64,000 nt of DNA from Azolla caroliniana (Eukaryota > Plantae > Polypodiophyta): the NCBI GenBank assembly GCA_043228905.1, contig JBHGNT010000020.1, positions 11,284,001 through 11,348,000 of the forward strand, given 5' to 3'. The position numbers and the translations under genes are program-made. This document shows, piece by piece, positions 11,549 to 23,785 of the stretch (positions are counted from its first letter, which is position 1; each line of letters begins with the position of its first letter). The notes beneath the pieces are model-generated. The model was given only the letters and a program-made list of their open reading frames with translations. It was not told where the DNA came from and did not search any database.

Positions 11549-14500
11549 ATGGCATCAACATCCGGCTCGTCAGAAATGAGTCTACGAAAGTTCGATGGAT
11601 CGAACTTCAACTTCTGGAAGGAGCAAATGCAGGACTATCTCATAGTCAAGGGGCAAATCGATCCCATCGAAAATGAAGAACCTCCAGAAGGATACAAACC
11701 AATTGAGTGGCAGAAGCTGGACAGAATCGTCCGCGCCACGATTCGGATGCACCTATCGGAATCAGTATACTTTACGGTGCAATCGTGTACGACAACATTC
11801 GAACTGTGGAAAACACTGTCGGACACCTACGAAAAGAAGGTCGCTGCAACGAAGATGTTTCTGATCCGGCGCCTCTACAACTTGCGGATGAAAGAATCCG
11901 ATTCGGTTCAAGCACATCTCAATGAGTACGAAAGCATAAGCTCCCAAATCTCGTCACAGGGGACGACAATCGAGGATGAACTCAGAGCAATGATACTCAT
12001 GAGCAGCCTTCCCTCATCATGGGAAACTTTCGTCACAACCGTGTGCAACGCGTCAACCACGGCTGTTAAATACTCCGAAGTCACGAGCGCAATCCTGACC
12101 GAAGCAGCTCAGAGAAAGTCTTTCGCCAAAGACTCAACAGACGACGCTTACGTAGTACAAGGTTCGACAGACCGATCGAACATACGAGGAAGAGATTCCT
12201 CACGGCCGCCGAACAATCAGCGAAGACGGAGCCAGTCACGGGATAATCGAATCTGCAACTATTGCAAGAAACCCGAACACATCAAAGCCGACTGCCGCGC
12301 ACTCAAGAACAAGAACGACAAGTCTCAGAGATCAGACAAGAAGAGTGGCCGGCATGAGGAGATCAATTACGTCAGCTTCTCAGCTGATGTGCTACCAAAC
12401 GACCCGAATATACTATCAATCGAAAATCCAGTCGGATCAGAAGTTCTGCTCACGACTGAAGAATCGAGCACATGGCTCTTAGATTCGGGCGCGTCATTTC
12501 ACGTGACTCCTCATCGATCCCAATTTCGGCAATATACGATCCGTCACTCCGACTCAGTTCGAGTCGGTAACTCGCAACACTGTGACATCATTGGAATCGG
12601 CACAGTAGAGCTCAACCTTGCAGGTGGCTCTACACTTGTACTTCACAATGTCCGACATGTACCCGAGCTCTCAAGGCCATTGATCTCAGTCGGACAACTA
12701 GATGAAGACGGCATTCGTGCCGGTTTTTCTTCGGGAGGGTGGACACTCCACAGGGGGAACCTCCTGCTTGCTAGAGGACCCAAGATACACTCACTGTATC
12801 CGTTACATGTTACGCTCAGAGAGGGTAACCTGTTTTTGGTGGATATTCCTGTGTCATCACTATGGCACAGAAGATTAGGACACCTTAGCAAGGCCGACAT
12901 TACGCATCTATCTAGAGCCGGATACATCCCTAAACTCTCCTTCTCCGACCATCAATTCTGCGAGCATTGCCAGTATGGCAAACAAGCAGCCGCATCACAC
13001 CCGACATCAGCACCAAGAGAAACGAAACCTCTCGATTTGGTCCACTCGGACGTCTGTGGCCCAATGCCGCATCAGTCTCTCGGCGGTGCCTCTTACTTCG
13101 TCAGTTTTATTGACGATTCGACTCGAAAGGTGTGGGCTTATCCAATTCGCACCAAAGATCGTGTCTTCTCGATCTTCTCCGATTGGCTCGCTATGGTAGA
13201 AAATCAAACCGACCGAAAACTGAAATGCTTTCGGACCGACAATGGGGGAGAGTTCAAATCAGAAGAATTCGTCAAATTCTGCCGACAACGCGGCATCCGA
13301 CGTGAATTTACGGCACCACACAGTCCGGAGCAAAACGGGATTGCCGAACGCATGAATCGGACTATCCAAGAACGGATAGTTTCCATGCTCCAACACTCCG
13401 GACTGTCAGATGGCTTCTGGGCAGAGGCTCTACTCACGGCAGTACACATAATCAATATGTCGCCAAGCAGACCTCTAGGACTTCAAATTCCTCAGGAACT
13501 ATGGATCGGCAGTAAGCCGAATTACGACAAGCTGAGGATCTTCGGATGCGAGGCGTACGCCCTTATTCCGAAAGATGATCGCCGAAAACTTGCACCTCGG
13601 TCCAGGAAATGCATTTTCCTTGGATATGGATCCGACGGCGAAATGGGATACCGACTCTGGGACCCCGAACGCAGACAAATCGTCCGAAGTTCGGACGTTG
13701 TGTTCAACGAGTCGGCTATGAATCCATCAGTCAAAACACCGATCGAAGTCCGAAGGGTAACATTTTCCGATGTGCCGACCCTTCAAGAAGGCCCCGCTCT
13801 TAACACACGGTCAGCTTCACGGGTAGCTGAACCTTACACTACTGATTCGGACAACTCTAACTCGGCACAGCAGCTTTCGGACCATCCGACCTCGATACCC
13901 GATGCGACCAGTCCAATCATACCTCGACGATCCGAGAGACTGTCGCAACCTCCGGAGAGGTATTCTCCTGGAATTTTCTTCACCGACGCCGGCGAACCAA
14001 CGTCTTACGAAGAAGCATCGACATCTGTCAATTCCGCCACCTGGCATCTGGCGATGGAGTCGGAAATGCACTCCATTCGGGCAAACAAGACTTGGGATCT
14101 GGTCGAATTACCTAGGAACCGACGTGCTCTTCCTTGCAAGTGGGTTTATCGACTAAAAGAGACGTCTGATTCGACCACCCCAAAGTACAAGGCCAGATTA
14201 GTTGCGAAGGGCTTCCGACAAGAATATGGCGTCGACTTCGACGAGATTTTTTCACCAGTGGTGAAAATGACAACCCTTCGTTTTCTACTCGGCGTAGTGG
14301 CAGCCGACAACTTGGAGCTGATTCAGCTAGATGTCAAAACAGCATTCCTCCATGGTGATCTTGAAGAGGAAATTTATATGGAGCAGCCAAAAGGCTTCGT
14401 GGCAACTGGCCAAGAACATCTAGTCTGCCGACTCAAGAAGAGTCTATACGGCCTCAAACAGGCACCGCGACAATGGTACAAGAAGTTCGACGACTTCATC

Positions 14501-15571
14501 CAATCGATCGGCTTCTCAAAAAGCGATGAGGACCATTGTTTTTTTACCAACACAGCTCAAGATGGATCACCCATCTTCCTCATCATTTACGTGGACAACA
14601 TGCTAATTTCTGGACGCCACGCGGGCGAACTTGCCGATCTCATTCGGCAACTGCGGTTGAAGTTTGCCATGAAGGACCTCGGTCCGGCACGACACATACT
14701 TGGCATGAAGATTAGTCGGCATCGCGATCAACGACATCTTTTTTTGTCTCAGACCGACTATATCGGACGTGTCTTGGAATGCTTCAACATGCAATCAGCC
14801 AAATCTGCTTCAACCCCGCTCCCCATGAATCTTCGGCTCTCTCAGCGAGACTGCCCGACATCCGGTCCGGAGGGGGAAGATATGAAGTCGGTACCGTATG
14901 CACCGGCAGTCGGCTCCCTTATGTACCTGATGGTCGCGACACGGCCTGATATTTCTCATGCCGTAGGAGTCGTTAGCAGATTTATGCACAATCCTGGCCG
15001 ATCGCATTGGAACGCAGTCAAGCATGTGTTCAAATATCTGGCTGGCACAAAAGACCACGGCATTCTTTTCGGTCCTAACTCAACTACAGGCGTAGTCGGT
15101 TACACCGACTCGGACTTCGCCGGCTGTATAGACAGTCGGAAATCAACAACTGGATACTGCTTCAAATTCGGCAATGGAGCAATTTCGTGGAAGTCGAAAC
15201 TTCAGGAGTGCACAGCGACCTCAACGACCGAAGCAGAATATGTAGCTGCGTCCGACGCTGCAAAAGAAGCTTTGTGGCTCGGCCGGCTGGCGCACACGTT
15301 TCGACAAGTCGACCATGACTCGGCCCCAGTTGTCTATAGCGACAGTCAAGGTGCTGTTGCCTTGTCGAAAAATCCGGTTCACCACAACGCCTCCAAACAT
15401 ATCGACGTTCGATATCACTTCGTTCGGGACTGCGTCATTTCAAGGAAAATCGGTCTAGAGAAAATATCCACAACCGACAATGTCGCAGATGGAATGACCA
15501 AGTGTCTTTCGGCAGACCGCTTTCGGTCCCTTCGGCATCAGATGGGCGTAACGACAAACCAGTCCGGTTAG
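11549..15571 (+). CDS. Copia gag-pol polyprotein (gag, zinc knuckle, protease, integrase, RT, RNase H), about 1340 aa, uninterrupted
   Basis: CNYCKKPEHIKADC, WLLDSGASFH, LVHSDVCGP, RTDNGGEF, QLDVKTAFLHG, YVDNM (RT motif altered), YTDSDFAG, KHIDVRYH, NVADGMTK. ATG at 11549; the ORF track starts at the preceding TTG. Confidence 0.97.
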   Translation: MASTSGSSEMSLRKFDGSNFNFWKEQMQDYLIVKGQIDPIENEEPPEGYKPIEWQKLDRIVRATIRMHLSESVYFTVQSCTTTFELWKTLSDTYEKKVAATKMFLIRRLYNLRMKESDSVQAHLNEYESISSQISSQGTTIEDELRAMILMSSLPSSWETFVTTVCNASTTAVKYSEVTSAILTEAAQRKSFAKDSTDDAYVVQGSTDRSNIRGRDSSRPPNNQRRRSQSRDNRICNYCKKPEHIKADCRALKNKNDKSQRSDKKSGRHEEINYVSFSADVLPNDPNILSIENPVGSEVLLTTEESSTWLLDSGASFHVTPHRSQFRQYTIRHSDSVRVGNSQHCDIIGIGTVELNLAGGSTLVLHNVRHVPELSRPLISVGQLDEDGIRAGFSSGGWTLHRGNLLLARGPKIHSLYPLHVTLREGNLFLVDIPVSSLWHRRLGHLSKADITHLSRAGYIPKLSFSDHQFCEHCQYGKQAAASHPTSAPRETKPLDLVHSDVCGPMPHQSLGGASYFVSFIDDSTRKVWAYPIRTKDRVFSIFSDWLAMVENQTDRKLKCFRTDNGGEFKSEEFVKFCRQRGIRREFTAPHSPEQNGIAERMNRTIQERIVSMLQHSGLSDGFWAEALLTAVHIINMSPSRPLGLQIPQELWIGSKPNYDKLRIFGCEAYALIPKDDRRKLAPRSRKCIFLGYGSDGEMGYRLWDPERRQIVRSSDVVFNESAMNPSVKTPIEVRRVTFSDVPTLQEGPALNTRSASRVAEPYTTDSDNSNSAQQLSDHPTSIPDATSPIIPRRSERLSQPPERYSPGIFFTDAGEPTSYEEASTSVNSATWHLAMESEMHSIRANKTWDLVELPRNRRALPCKWVYRLKETSDSTTPKYKARLVAKGFRQEYGVDFDEIFSPVVKMTTLRFLLGVVAADNLELIQLDVKTAFLHGDLEEEIYMEQPKGFVATGQEHLVCRLKKSLYGLKQAPRQWYKKFDDFIQSIGFSKSDEDHCFFTNTAQDGSPIFLIIYVDNMLISGRHAGELADLIRQLRLKFAMKDLGPARHILGMKISRHRDQRHLFLSQTDYIGRVLECFNMQSAKSASTPLPMNLRLSQRDCPTSGPEGEDMKSVPYAPAVGSLMYLMVATRPDISHAVGVVSRFMHNPGRSHWNAVKHVFKYLAGTKDHGILFGPNSTTGVVGYTDSDFAGCIDSRKSTTGYCFKFGNGAISWKSKLQECTATSTTEAEYVAASDAAKEALWLGRLAHTFRQVDHDSAPVVYSDSQGAVALSKNPVHHNASKHIDVRYHFVRDCVISRKIGLEKISTTDNVADGMTKCLSADRFRSLRHQMGVTTNQSG

Positions 15572-17696
15572 AGCCGGACACATCGCAGGATGGTTTCCGA
15601 CAACCGACATCAGTTCCTTAATGATCGGCTTCAACTCTTCCGACCCGACCAGTTCGGTCTTCTGCCTTCGGACCCTGCCGACTCGAACAAAACTGATATG
15701 TCCGAGAACCTAGGTTTATGCCTGTAATCTTAGATAACCCATGTATACGCCCATTACGGGGGAGTGTCGAATACAAGTGTATAATGGACGTATTCACACT
15801 ATCCCTTTGTACAGATCAAGTTTGGGCCATTTGTGTAATTAGCATAAATGGTAGATGCCCTAAGTCTGTCACTATATATAGTGACCTTGTAACCTTTTTG
15901 TAAGGTTGGGTTGTATTATTGCTTTATGGAATAGAAAGAGTCGTTTTGTGCCTCCTCTCTCTCTCTCTCTCTCTATCTCTGTGCCGAGTGACGGGGTTCT
16001 TAGCTCTAGATGAGCGTCAAAGTTTTTCGCTCGCCGATGTGAGCGCCTTCTTTACTCCGGGTGTACGCATGATGGGTACACCGAACTCACTGTCTAGTGA
16101 GGGAGCCGATCCATCCGAATCATTGTCGTTGGGGTGGTCGACTTCGTATTCGGGCATCTTACCTTTGCCTTTGTCTAAGTTCGCACTTGGCCGTGACATG
16201 CTTGGGTCACGTGGGGCTCTTGTGGCCCACTAAGCTCGGTCGTAATCGAACTTTCTTCGTTCATATGCGCAAGTTGATCTTCGGCTTTTACCTCTTGTTC
16301 GGCGTAATCCGCATTGAGCGTAGTCGGAGACGAAGAGGTCTCTGGTGCGTACCAGGATGCGTACTCGTCGAAGACTACGTCTCGACTTACGCGAACTTCT
16401 CGTGTCGACGGGTTGTAGCACTTGTACGCCTTCTTCTCGGACGAGTATCCTACGAGGATACATCTCCCCAACTTCGCGTCAAGCTTCTGTCGTTGTTTGT
16501 TCGGGATGCATACATTCGCAATGCTTTCGAACACTTTGAGATGCGACAGGATCAGCTTCCTTCCAACGAGGAGCTCGTAGGGAGTTAGCTCATGGACTCC
16601 ATTGGTGGTGCATCGATTCATGAGATAGACGGCCATGGATGCCGCTTCAGCCCACTAGAAATTCGGCATGTGCTTTTCATGCATCATGGCACGTGCTACC
16701 TCGAGTATTTGCCGATTTTTCCTTTCGGCGACACCATTTTGTTGGGGTGTGTGTCGGCATGAGAATTCTCTCCGAATGCCTTCACTTTGGAGGTAGGAGG
16801 TGAATTCATCGGAGAAGTACTCCTTTCCTCCATCCGATCGTAGGCATTGAATGTGCCGACTAGTTTCTTTTTCGACTTGACACTTAAGCTTTTGGAAGTG
16901 GGAGAACACTTCGCTCTTCTTCTTCATCGGGTAGATCCACGTGTAGTGCGAGTAGTCGTCGATGAAGGTTACGTAGTATCGACATTCGCCAATCGTCGGC
17001 GTTTGAGCTGGTCCCCATACATTCGAGTGTATGACATCGAGGAGGCCTTTGCTCGTGTGGCTCTCCTTCGGGAATGGGAGTCAATGTTGTTTGCCGAGTT
17101 GACACACTTCACATACTTGGTCGATTTGTTTCGACTCGAATGTCGGAAGTCCGATGACGACTCCCTTCGTTTGCATCGCTCGAAGCCGTTAGAGGTTTAT
17201 GTGGCCGATTCTCTTGTGCCACAACTCGATGCTTGTCTCGGTTTTGAGACCTTTGGCGTACATTGCCGATTTCACCTCGTTCGAATCGAGGATGAACATT
17301 TGGCCGTCTCTCTGCCCCTTAGCTATGAGTCGGCCATCTTTCTCAATGAAACAACCTTCATTGTTGAAGCGGACTTGCATGCCTTGCTCCACGATTTGGC
17401 TGACCGAGACCAAATTCTTCGTTATTGTGGGCATGTGCAAGACATTCTTGATGCAAGTTTGCTTGCCTTCTTTCCCGAATGGGACATTGCCGATGTGCCG
17501 AATGGGGTGTGTCGTGTCATCTCCTGTCTCTATGAAGTCGGGTTGATCTAGCGTTCATAAATCACGAAACCACTATTCGTGAGATGTCATGTGATGTGAG
17601 GCGCCGGAATCGACGAACCACACGTCTTCCAAGTTGGAGGTGCTTGCCGAGTTGGAGGCCATCATAGAGTTCGCTCTATGCCTCATTACGAACATT

Positions 17697-17840
17697 CTGC
17701 CACGGTCGTCGTAGTCGGAATTTGGGGCGTAATTTGTAAACATTTCACTACGATCGTCGTAGTCGGAATTCAACGCGTGTTTCGTCAACATTCCGCTACG
17801 GTTGTCGTGGTCGGAATTCGATGCGTAGTTTGTGAGGTGT
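17697..17840 (-). repeat. 48-nt (16-aa) in-frame repeat x3 between gag and protease of copia B
   Basis: TNYASNSDHDNRSGML-TKHALNSDYDDRSEMF-TNYAPNSDYDDRGRMF; the relative near 43890-43940 has a single unit. Confidence 0.85.
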
Positions 17841-18932
17841 CGACTTGTTGAAGCCGACTCACTTCTCTTTTTCTGACACTCCACCTCGTAGTGGCCAATT
17901 TTGCCGCAATAATTGCAAGTTGCGGGCCTCGTTTGCTGACCATGTTCGGTGTGGAAGCTCCCCCTTCTTCCGAAGGTTCCTCAATGTCTTCCGTGAAGGT
18001 TTGAGTTCCCTTCGCGTGATGGGTCGAATTGACCTCTTCTACCATCGTGACCTCCTCCTCAGCCACCGTCCGAATTCGAGAAGAACATTTGTCCTTCTGA
18101 CGTCTTGCTTTTGGTTCGGACGTGGTTCTCTTTGACCAATAGCATTGATTGGAGGTCGAAGAATGACGGAGGGTTTTCTCTTACCAAGATTGCCATCCGT
18201 AATGGATCGAATCGTTGTGCGAGGCCGCCCAAGCATACTTGAACCATCTCGTCTTCGTCGACGTTTATTTTGATAGAGCCAAGCGAATCGCAAATGCTCT
18301 TGATCTTTGCGGTGTAGTCCGACACAGACATGTCTTTTTGCCGAATGTTGTTCAACTCTTGTCGGAGTTGAACCTTTGGGCGGTCATGTTGGCGGCGAAC
18401 ATTTTCTTTAAGTTCTCCCACACCTCTTTGGGCGTCTTGGCGTCTTGAATGTGGCTAAGCATGTGGTCGTGGACACATGTTGCCAAGCAATACATGACTC
18501 GACTCGCCACTTGCTTCCATGTTGCATTGTCGGCATTTTTCGAGTCGGGTCGATTTTCTTGAGCGTCGTTGATGTAGCTCCAATACCCTTGTCCGACGAG
18601 GTATTGGGTCATCTTGTACTCCCAAGATGAATAATTGCTCCGGTCTAGCTTTTCACTAGGGAGCGAGCTACCCATTTGTGTGTTCATGTTGATTGTGTCT
18701 TCTCTTCTTTTGCTTTTCTTCCTTCGATCACGTAGACGTGCTACGTAGCGGCACTACGGTAGCCGATAGCCGGATTTTGTCATCGGCGTCTCGAACACAC
18801 AATCATGGAGTCGGGTGGGCTTAGTGGATTTTCTAAACCACACGCTCTAATGCCGTGTTAATAATTAGGTAAGTAATTAAGAGTTAATTAGTACCTAATT
18901 ATGTGATTAAGTTAAGCACAGAAGATTAAGTG

Positions 18933-19000
<68 letters not shown>

Positions 19001-20076
19001 TACACTTATGAATAACACAAGATGGGGGATGAGTAAACTAGAGTGTATATTATAAAACATCATCAAATACAAAAATACCCACAATGAGGTATATATACAT
19101 CTCATGTGCAAAGGTGCACATGTGTGAGTAGAATTTAGGTACTAATGTGTAAGTCCTATATTAAATGTACTTAGGAGTGGAGGATCTAGAATATCCCACT
19201 TAAGTACAAGGTCCTATTTAAGGCGTTATAGTCAACACTTCTAACTAGATTCTATCTAGGTAACTACGAAGTTACATTGTTGACTAACTAAACTAAGTTG
19301 AGCTTGATCTCTCAACACGCCCCCTCAACCTCAAGTGTGAGGCGTCTGACATCCAACGTTGTCCGGCTTTCGATGTCGCCTTCTATGTGGCTTCCGTCCG
19401 GCCTTCGGCTTTCTTCATTGTGGCAATCTTGGGTCCTCCCCCTCAAGCCGGTGACAAAGGCTTGTAGTGTGTGAGCGAAGGTCGGCTACTTCCACCCATC
19501 GTGGGTTACAAGCCACTTCGGTGTAGCTCTTGGGCTCTTGTTCAGCCGCTACCTTCATCGCGAAGGCGTAATGATGGGCCATGTACTTGTTGTAGTCGTG
19601 CCGAGTGACGGGGTTCTTAGCTCTAGATGAGCGTCAAAGTTTTTCGCTCGCCGATGTGAGCGCCTTCTTTACTCCGGGTGTACGCATGATGGGTACACCG
19701 AACTCACTGTCTAGTGAGGGAGCCGATCCATCCGAATCATTGTCGTTGGGGTGGTCGACTTCGTATTCGGGCATCTTACCTTTGCCTTTGTCCAAGTTCG
19801 CACTTGGCCGTGACGTGCTTGGGTCGCGTGGGGCTCTTGTGGCCCACTAAGCTCGGTCGTAATAGAGCTTTCTTTGTTCATATGCACAAGTTGATCTTCG
19901 GCTTTTACCTCTTGTTCGGCGTAATCCGCATCGAGCGTAGTTGGAGTCAAAGAGGTCTATGGTGCGTACCAGGATACTGTCAGGAACAATACTAGGACAA
20001 AGAAGGAATTAGTACTAAAAGAAGTATTAGTACTAAGAGAGGTGAAGAACTCTCGAGAGAAGGAAAGAGTGAGTAA

Positions 20077-20111
<35 letters not shown>

Positions 20112-20340
20112 TGTGTGTGTGATGATAAGAAAAGATATATATTATGTGAAGAGAATGTACAGTAATAGTTAGGAGGCTTAAGACTGGCGTTGAACCGATT
20201 TGGTTCGAAATAATGCCTTGTGCCTCTTTTATAGTGTTCTCAGGAATACTCCTGAAGTTTGTAGAATGTTCCAAAGAAATCTGGAATATACATCAATTTT
20301 CTATAATAAAACATAAATGAAAATAATATTCTACGTATTA

Positions 20341-20410
20341 CAATGTATGGTGTAATGGTCAAGAGCTCGACCCGTGTAGCATAAGGTCATGGGTTCAAGT
20401 CTTGCCATAT
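20341..20410 (+). promoter_or_regulatory. tRNA-derived Pol III internal promoter in the chromovirus 3' LTR (A box 20348-20358, B box 20392-20401)
   Basis: TGGTGTAATGG ... GGTTCAAGTC at tRNA spacing; stems are degenerate, so not a functional tRNA. Confidence 0.65.
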
Positions 20411-23400
20411 CATGACACTATCCCCCTTTTAAAACGAGTGTCACGAGTCGTTTTGGATTGAGGACCCGGTTTGTCTGGATATTGACGATGGAAGTATTCA
20501 AGAAGAGCACGAGCATTGGTCACATTCTCTATCGGTTCCCAAGCACGCTCGTTGGGACTATATCCTAGCCAATCGACTAGATAGTAGAGCTTGTTGCGAA
20601 CAATCTTGGAATCAAGGATGGTGACAACCTCGTACTCAAGTCCATCTTCAAGCTCGATCGGGGGTGGAGGCTATGTAATACGTCCTGGGATGGTTTTCTC
20701 TTGATAGGGTTCAAGGAGAGAACTATGAAACACCGGATGTATCCGAAGTTGCGGAGGTAGATCGAGAAGAAAAGCGACATCATTAATCTTTCCTATAATA
20801 TGAAAAGGACCTAATCGCCGATAATCCAACTTCTCGCATGGGCGAGTAGTCTTGATGTGTCGTCATAGTAGCCATACCCGATCTCCAATGCTAAAACTAG
20901 ATGGAAGCCGATGACGATCCGCGTAAACCTTGTGTGTTTGTTGAGCTTGTTGGAGATGAGTAGATAAATCAGCTTGTATCTTGCGTAACCACTCTAAACG
21001 ATCCTCTGCACAAGGATTTGTGGACAACTCTGGGGTTTCAAATACACACCATCGGGGGTGAGAACCCGTATAAGCATAAAATGGCGTAACTTTAGTCGAT
21101 GCGTGGACAGAGTTATTGTAGGCAAATTCGGCGAAGTGGAGAATATCTACCCAGTCATCCTGATGATAGCTTAGAAAGCACCGAAGATACTGCTCCAGTG
21201 TTTGATTTGTTCGTTCTGCTTGGCCATCCGTTTGTGGGTGGTAGCCGGAGGAGAGGTTACACGTGACCTTGAGCATTTTAAAAAGGTGCTTCCAGAATTT
21301 CGATACGAACTGAGGTCCACGGTCGCTGATGATATTATCGGGAAGGTCATGATGCCGACATACTTCACGCATGACAATTTCAGCGGTTTCTTCACTGGAT
21401 ATTTCCTTAGTACATGGCAAGAAATGAGCCATCTTCATATATCGATCTATGACTGTTAGAATCGCATTGAACCCCTTAGAGACTGGAAGATCTGTGATGA
21501 AGTCTAGAGCAATGGATTGCCACGGCTTGCTTGGAATTTGGAATCTTCGACAAATTGTCGCATATGGGGCCACCAAAATGATCGTTGTACTAAATCTAAT
21601 GTTTTAGTACTACCAAAATGCCCTGTTGTATATGTGTCATGACAGTTTTGGACTACTCGAAGGCGGCAAGAACCATTAGGAACATACAAGAGTTCATTAA
21701 AGAATAGTAATCCATCATGGTATTTGAATTGTTGATAGTCTGTACCCGGTGGTTGCGACTGTGAACAAGATGCTCGAGAGGGATCAATTTGTGCTAGAAT
21801 GGCTTGGGCGAAAGCATCGGTCTTCAAGTTCTCACGTATATCGATAACATGGGAATCCATTGGCATGCCAAAGACCTGTGTTGCTTGCAGTCGTGTCGGT
21901 TCCAAGATTACTTGCTTTTGGTTATCAAAAGCTGGCTCGCCGAGACACGGTGCTAGGTACGAACGCCGTGATAATGCATCTGCCTTCCCTTGGTGCTTCC
22001 CCGGACGATATGTAATTTTGAAGTCGAAACGCGTGAGGAAGTGGGCCCACCGAGCTTGACGTCGATTTAACACATGAGCGTCCTGAAAGTAGGCAAGGTT
22101 TTTGTGGTCACTGAATACGGTGACTTGATGAGAGGATCCCTCTAGAAAATGCCTCCATTGCGTAAAAGAGTCCACTATTGCCAATAGCTCCTTATCATGA
22201 ATTTTGTAGTTGATTTCTGCGGCGTCAAACTTGCGTGAGTGAAAAGCCACAGGATGTAGCTTCTCATCATTACCCCATTGTGACAGAATGCTCCCCAATG
22301 CGAAATCTGATGCGTCTGCTTCAATAATGAATGGTTTTTCCGGATCGACATGAGCTAGAATTGGAGCCGATGTAAATATCTTTTTAAGACTCTCGAAAGC
22401 CATGTCCGCTTCTTTAGACCAAACGAACGATTGTCCCTTCATGGTAAGCAAACACAGAGTCTGCCACTCTACTAGAGTTTTGACCTTAGTTGGGTCCATG
22501 GAGATGCCTTCCGAGGAAATGACATAGCCCAGAAATTCCACCTGGTTGCACCCAAAACTACATTTTTCCAGCTTTGCATAAAGACCATGTTTTCAAAGTC
22601 GTTTTAGTACTAATAGTACATGAGAATCATGCTCTTCTTGGGTCTTCGAATAAACTAGTAGATCATCCAAATAGATGATCAAGCAAACATCCAAGAGATC
22701 TCAGAATATATCATTTGCCATGTGCTGGAAGATTGCTAGCGCATTAGTGAGGCTGAACGGCATGATTGTATACTCAAAGTGCCCATATCTGGTGTGAAAC
22801 GTGGTCTTCCATTCATCTCCTGGTCAGATCCGAACGAGGTTATAGGCTCCTCGTAAGTCGATCTTCATGAAGAACCTGGCACCATTGATCCATTCTAAGA
22901 GACTTGAGATAAGGGGAAGTGCATACCTATTTCTGATTGTCACCTTATTCAAGCCATGGTAATCTACAATGAGATGAAGTGATCCATCTTTTTTCTTGAC
23001 GAAGAAAATAGGTGCGTCAGTTGGAGATTTCGAATGCCGAATGAAACCATTTTCCAAATTCTCCTCTATATAGGCTCGCAGGACTTCTAGCTCGGTTGGT
23101 GGCAAATTGTAGATCGGTCCCCATGGTGGCTCTTTCCTCGGTTGTAAATCGATGGGGCAATCATACGGTCGATGGTGAGGAAGCATATTGGCTTGTACTT
23201 TATCGAACACATCAGCATAATGATGATACTTCTTTGGAAGTTGAACGGTGGACTCCTCTTTAATGGTGTCTGAGGGCTTTACTAATATTGCGAAGAGAAA
23301 CATTTCTTCCTTGCGTCCTTCTTCCCGCAACTGATGTAGCGAAATGGTTGCAATCTCATGAGTAGACCCTCGTGCTTTTCGATACCGGATTTCTCTTGTT

Positions 23401-23785
23401 CTCCAATCTATGTCTGGGTTATGTAATTCGAACCATGGTAATCCTAAAACAATGGGGTGTTCTGGGATGCTAATTATATTAAATGATACTACACATGCTA
23501 GATTATCTAGGACAATATTAACGGGCTCTGACTCTTCTATGATATTTCTGGAAGCAATGGGACGACCATCAATGACTACTACAGAGGCTAGACATGGGAG
23601 TTTTCTGAGTGATATTTGATGAGCTTGGGCAAAGTTCCTATCCATGAAGCAAGAATTAGCTCTGGAATCTAGAAATGCTGAGACATGTACTGGAGGGGTA
23701 CTTTTAGTACTAACTGTTACTTGGGCTACGAACACATTGCTAACTTTGCTTAGAGGGAATGGAACCACTAATGGGCTGCACAGAT

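Larger units (their letters stand above)
10535..15984 (+). mobile_element. Ty1/copia element A: 5' LTR 10535-10848, 3' LTR 15765-15984 (truncated)
   Basis: LTRs identical except for (CT)n length; PBS TGGTATCAGAGC 10851-10862 (tRNA-iMet); PPT ACGGGGGAG 15756-15764; single polyprotein ORF. Confidence 0.97.
10046..19317 (-). mobile_element. Ty1/copia element B, unit 1 (LTRs 10046-10525 and 18856-19317; decayed gag-PR-INT, no RT seen); copia A nested inside
   Basis: Near-identical TG...CA LTRs; degenerate Met-type PBS (minus CGGCATTAGAGC, 18855-18844); PPT GAGGGGGCG next to the left LTR; gag MNTQMGSSLPSEKLDRSNY..., protease WFVDSGASHHM, integrase LRSDGGKEY and PQQNGVAERKN, with stops and frameshifts. 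Confidence 0.9.

Noticed and set aside
16847-17551. 234-aa plus-strand ORF
   Set aside because: Antisense shadow of copia B protease/integrase; no recognisable domain.
20341-20410. Functional tRNA gene (also 25405-25474 and 29501-29571)
   Set aside because: Acceptor, anticodon and T stems do not pair properly; treated as tRNA-derived promoter sequence.
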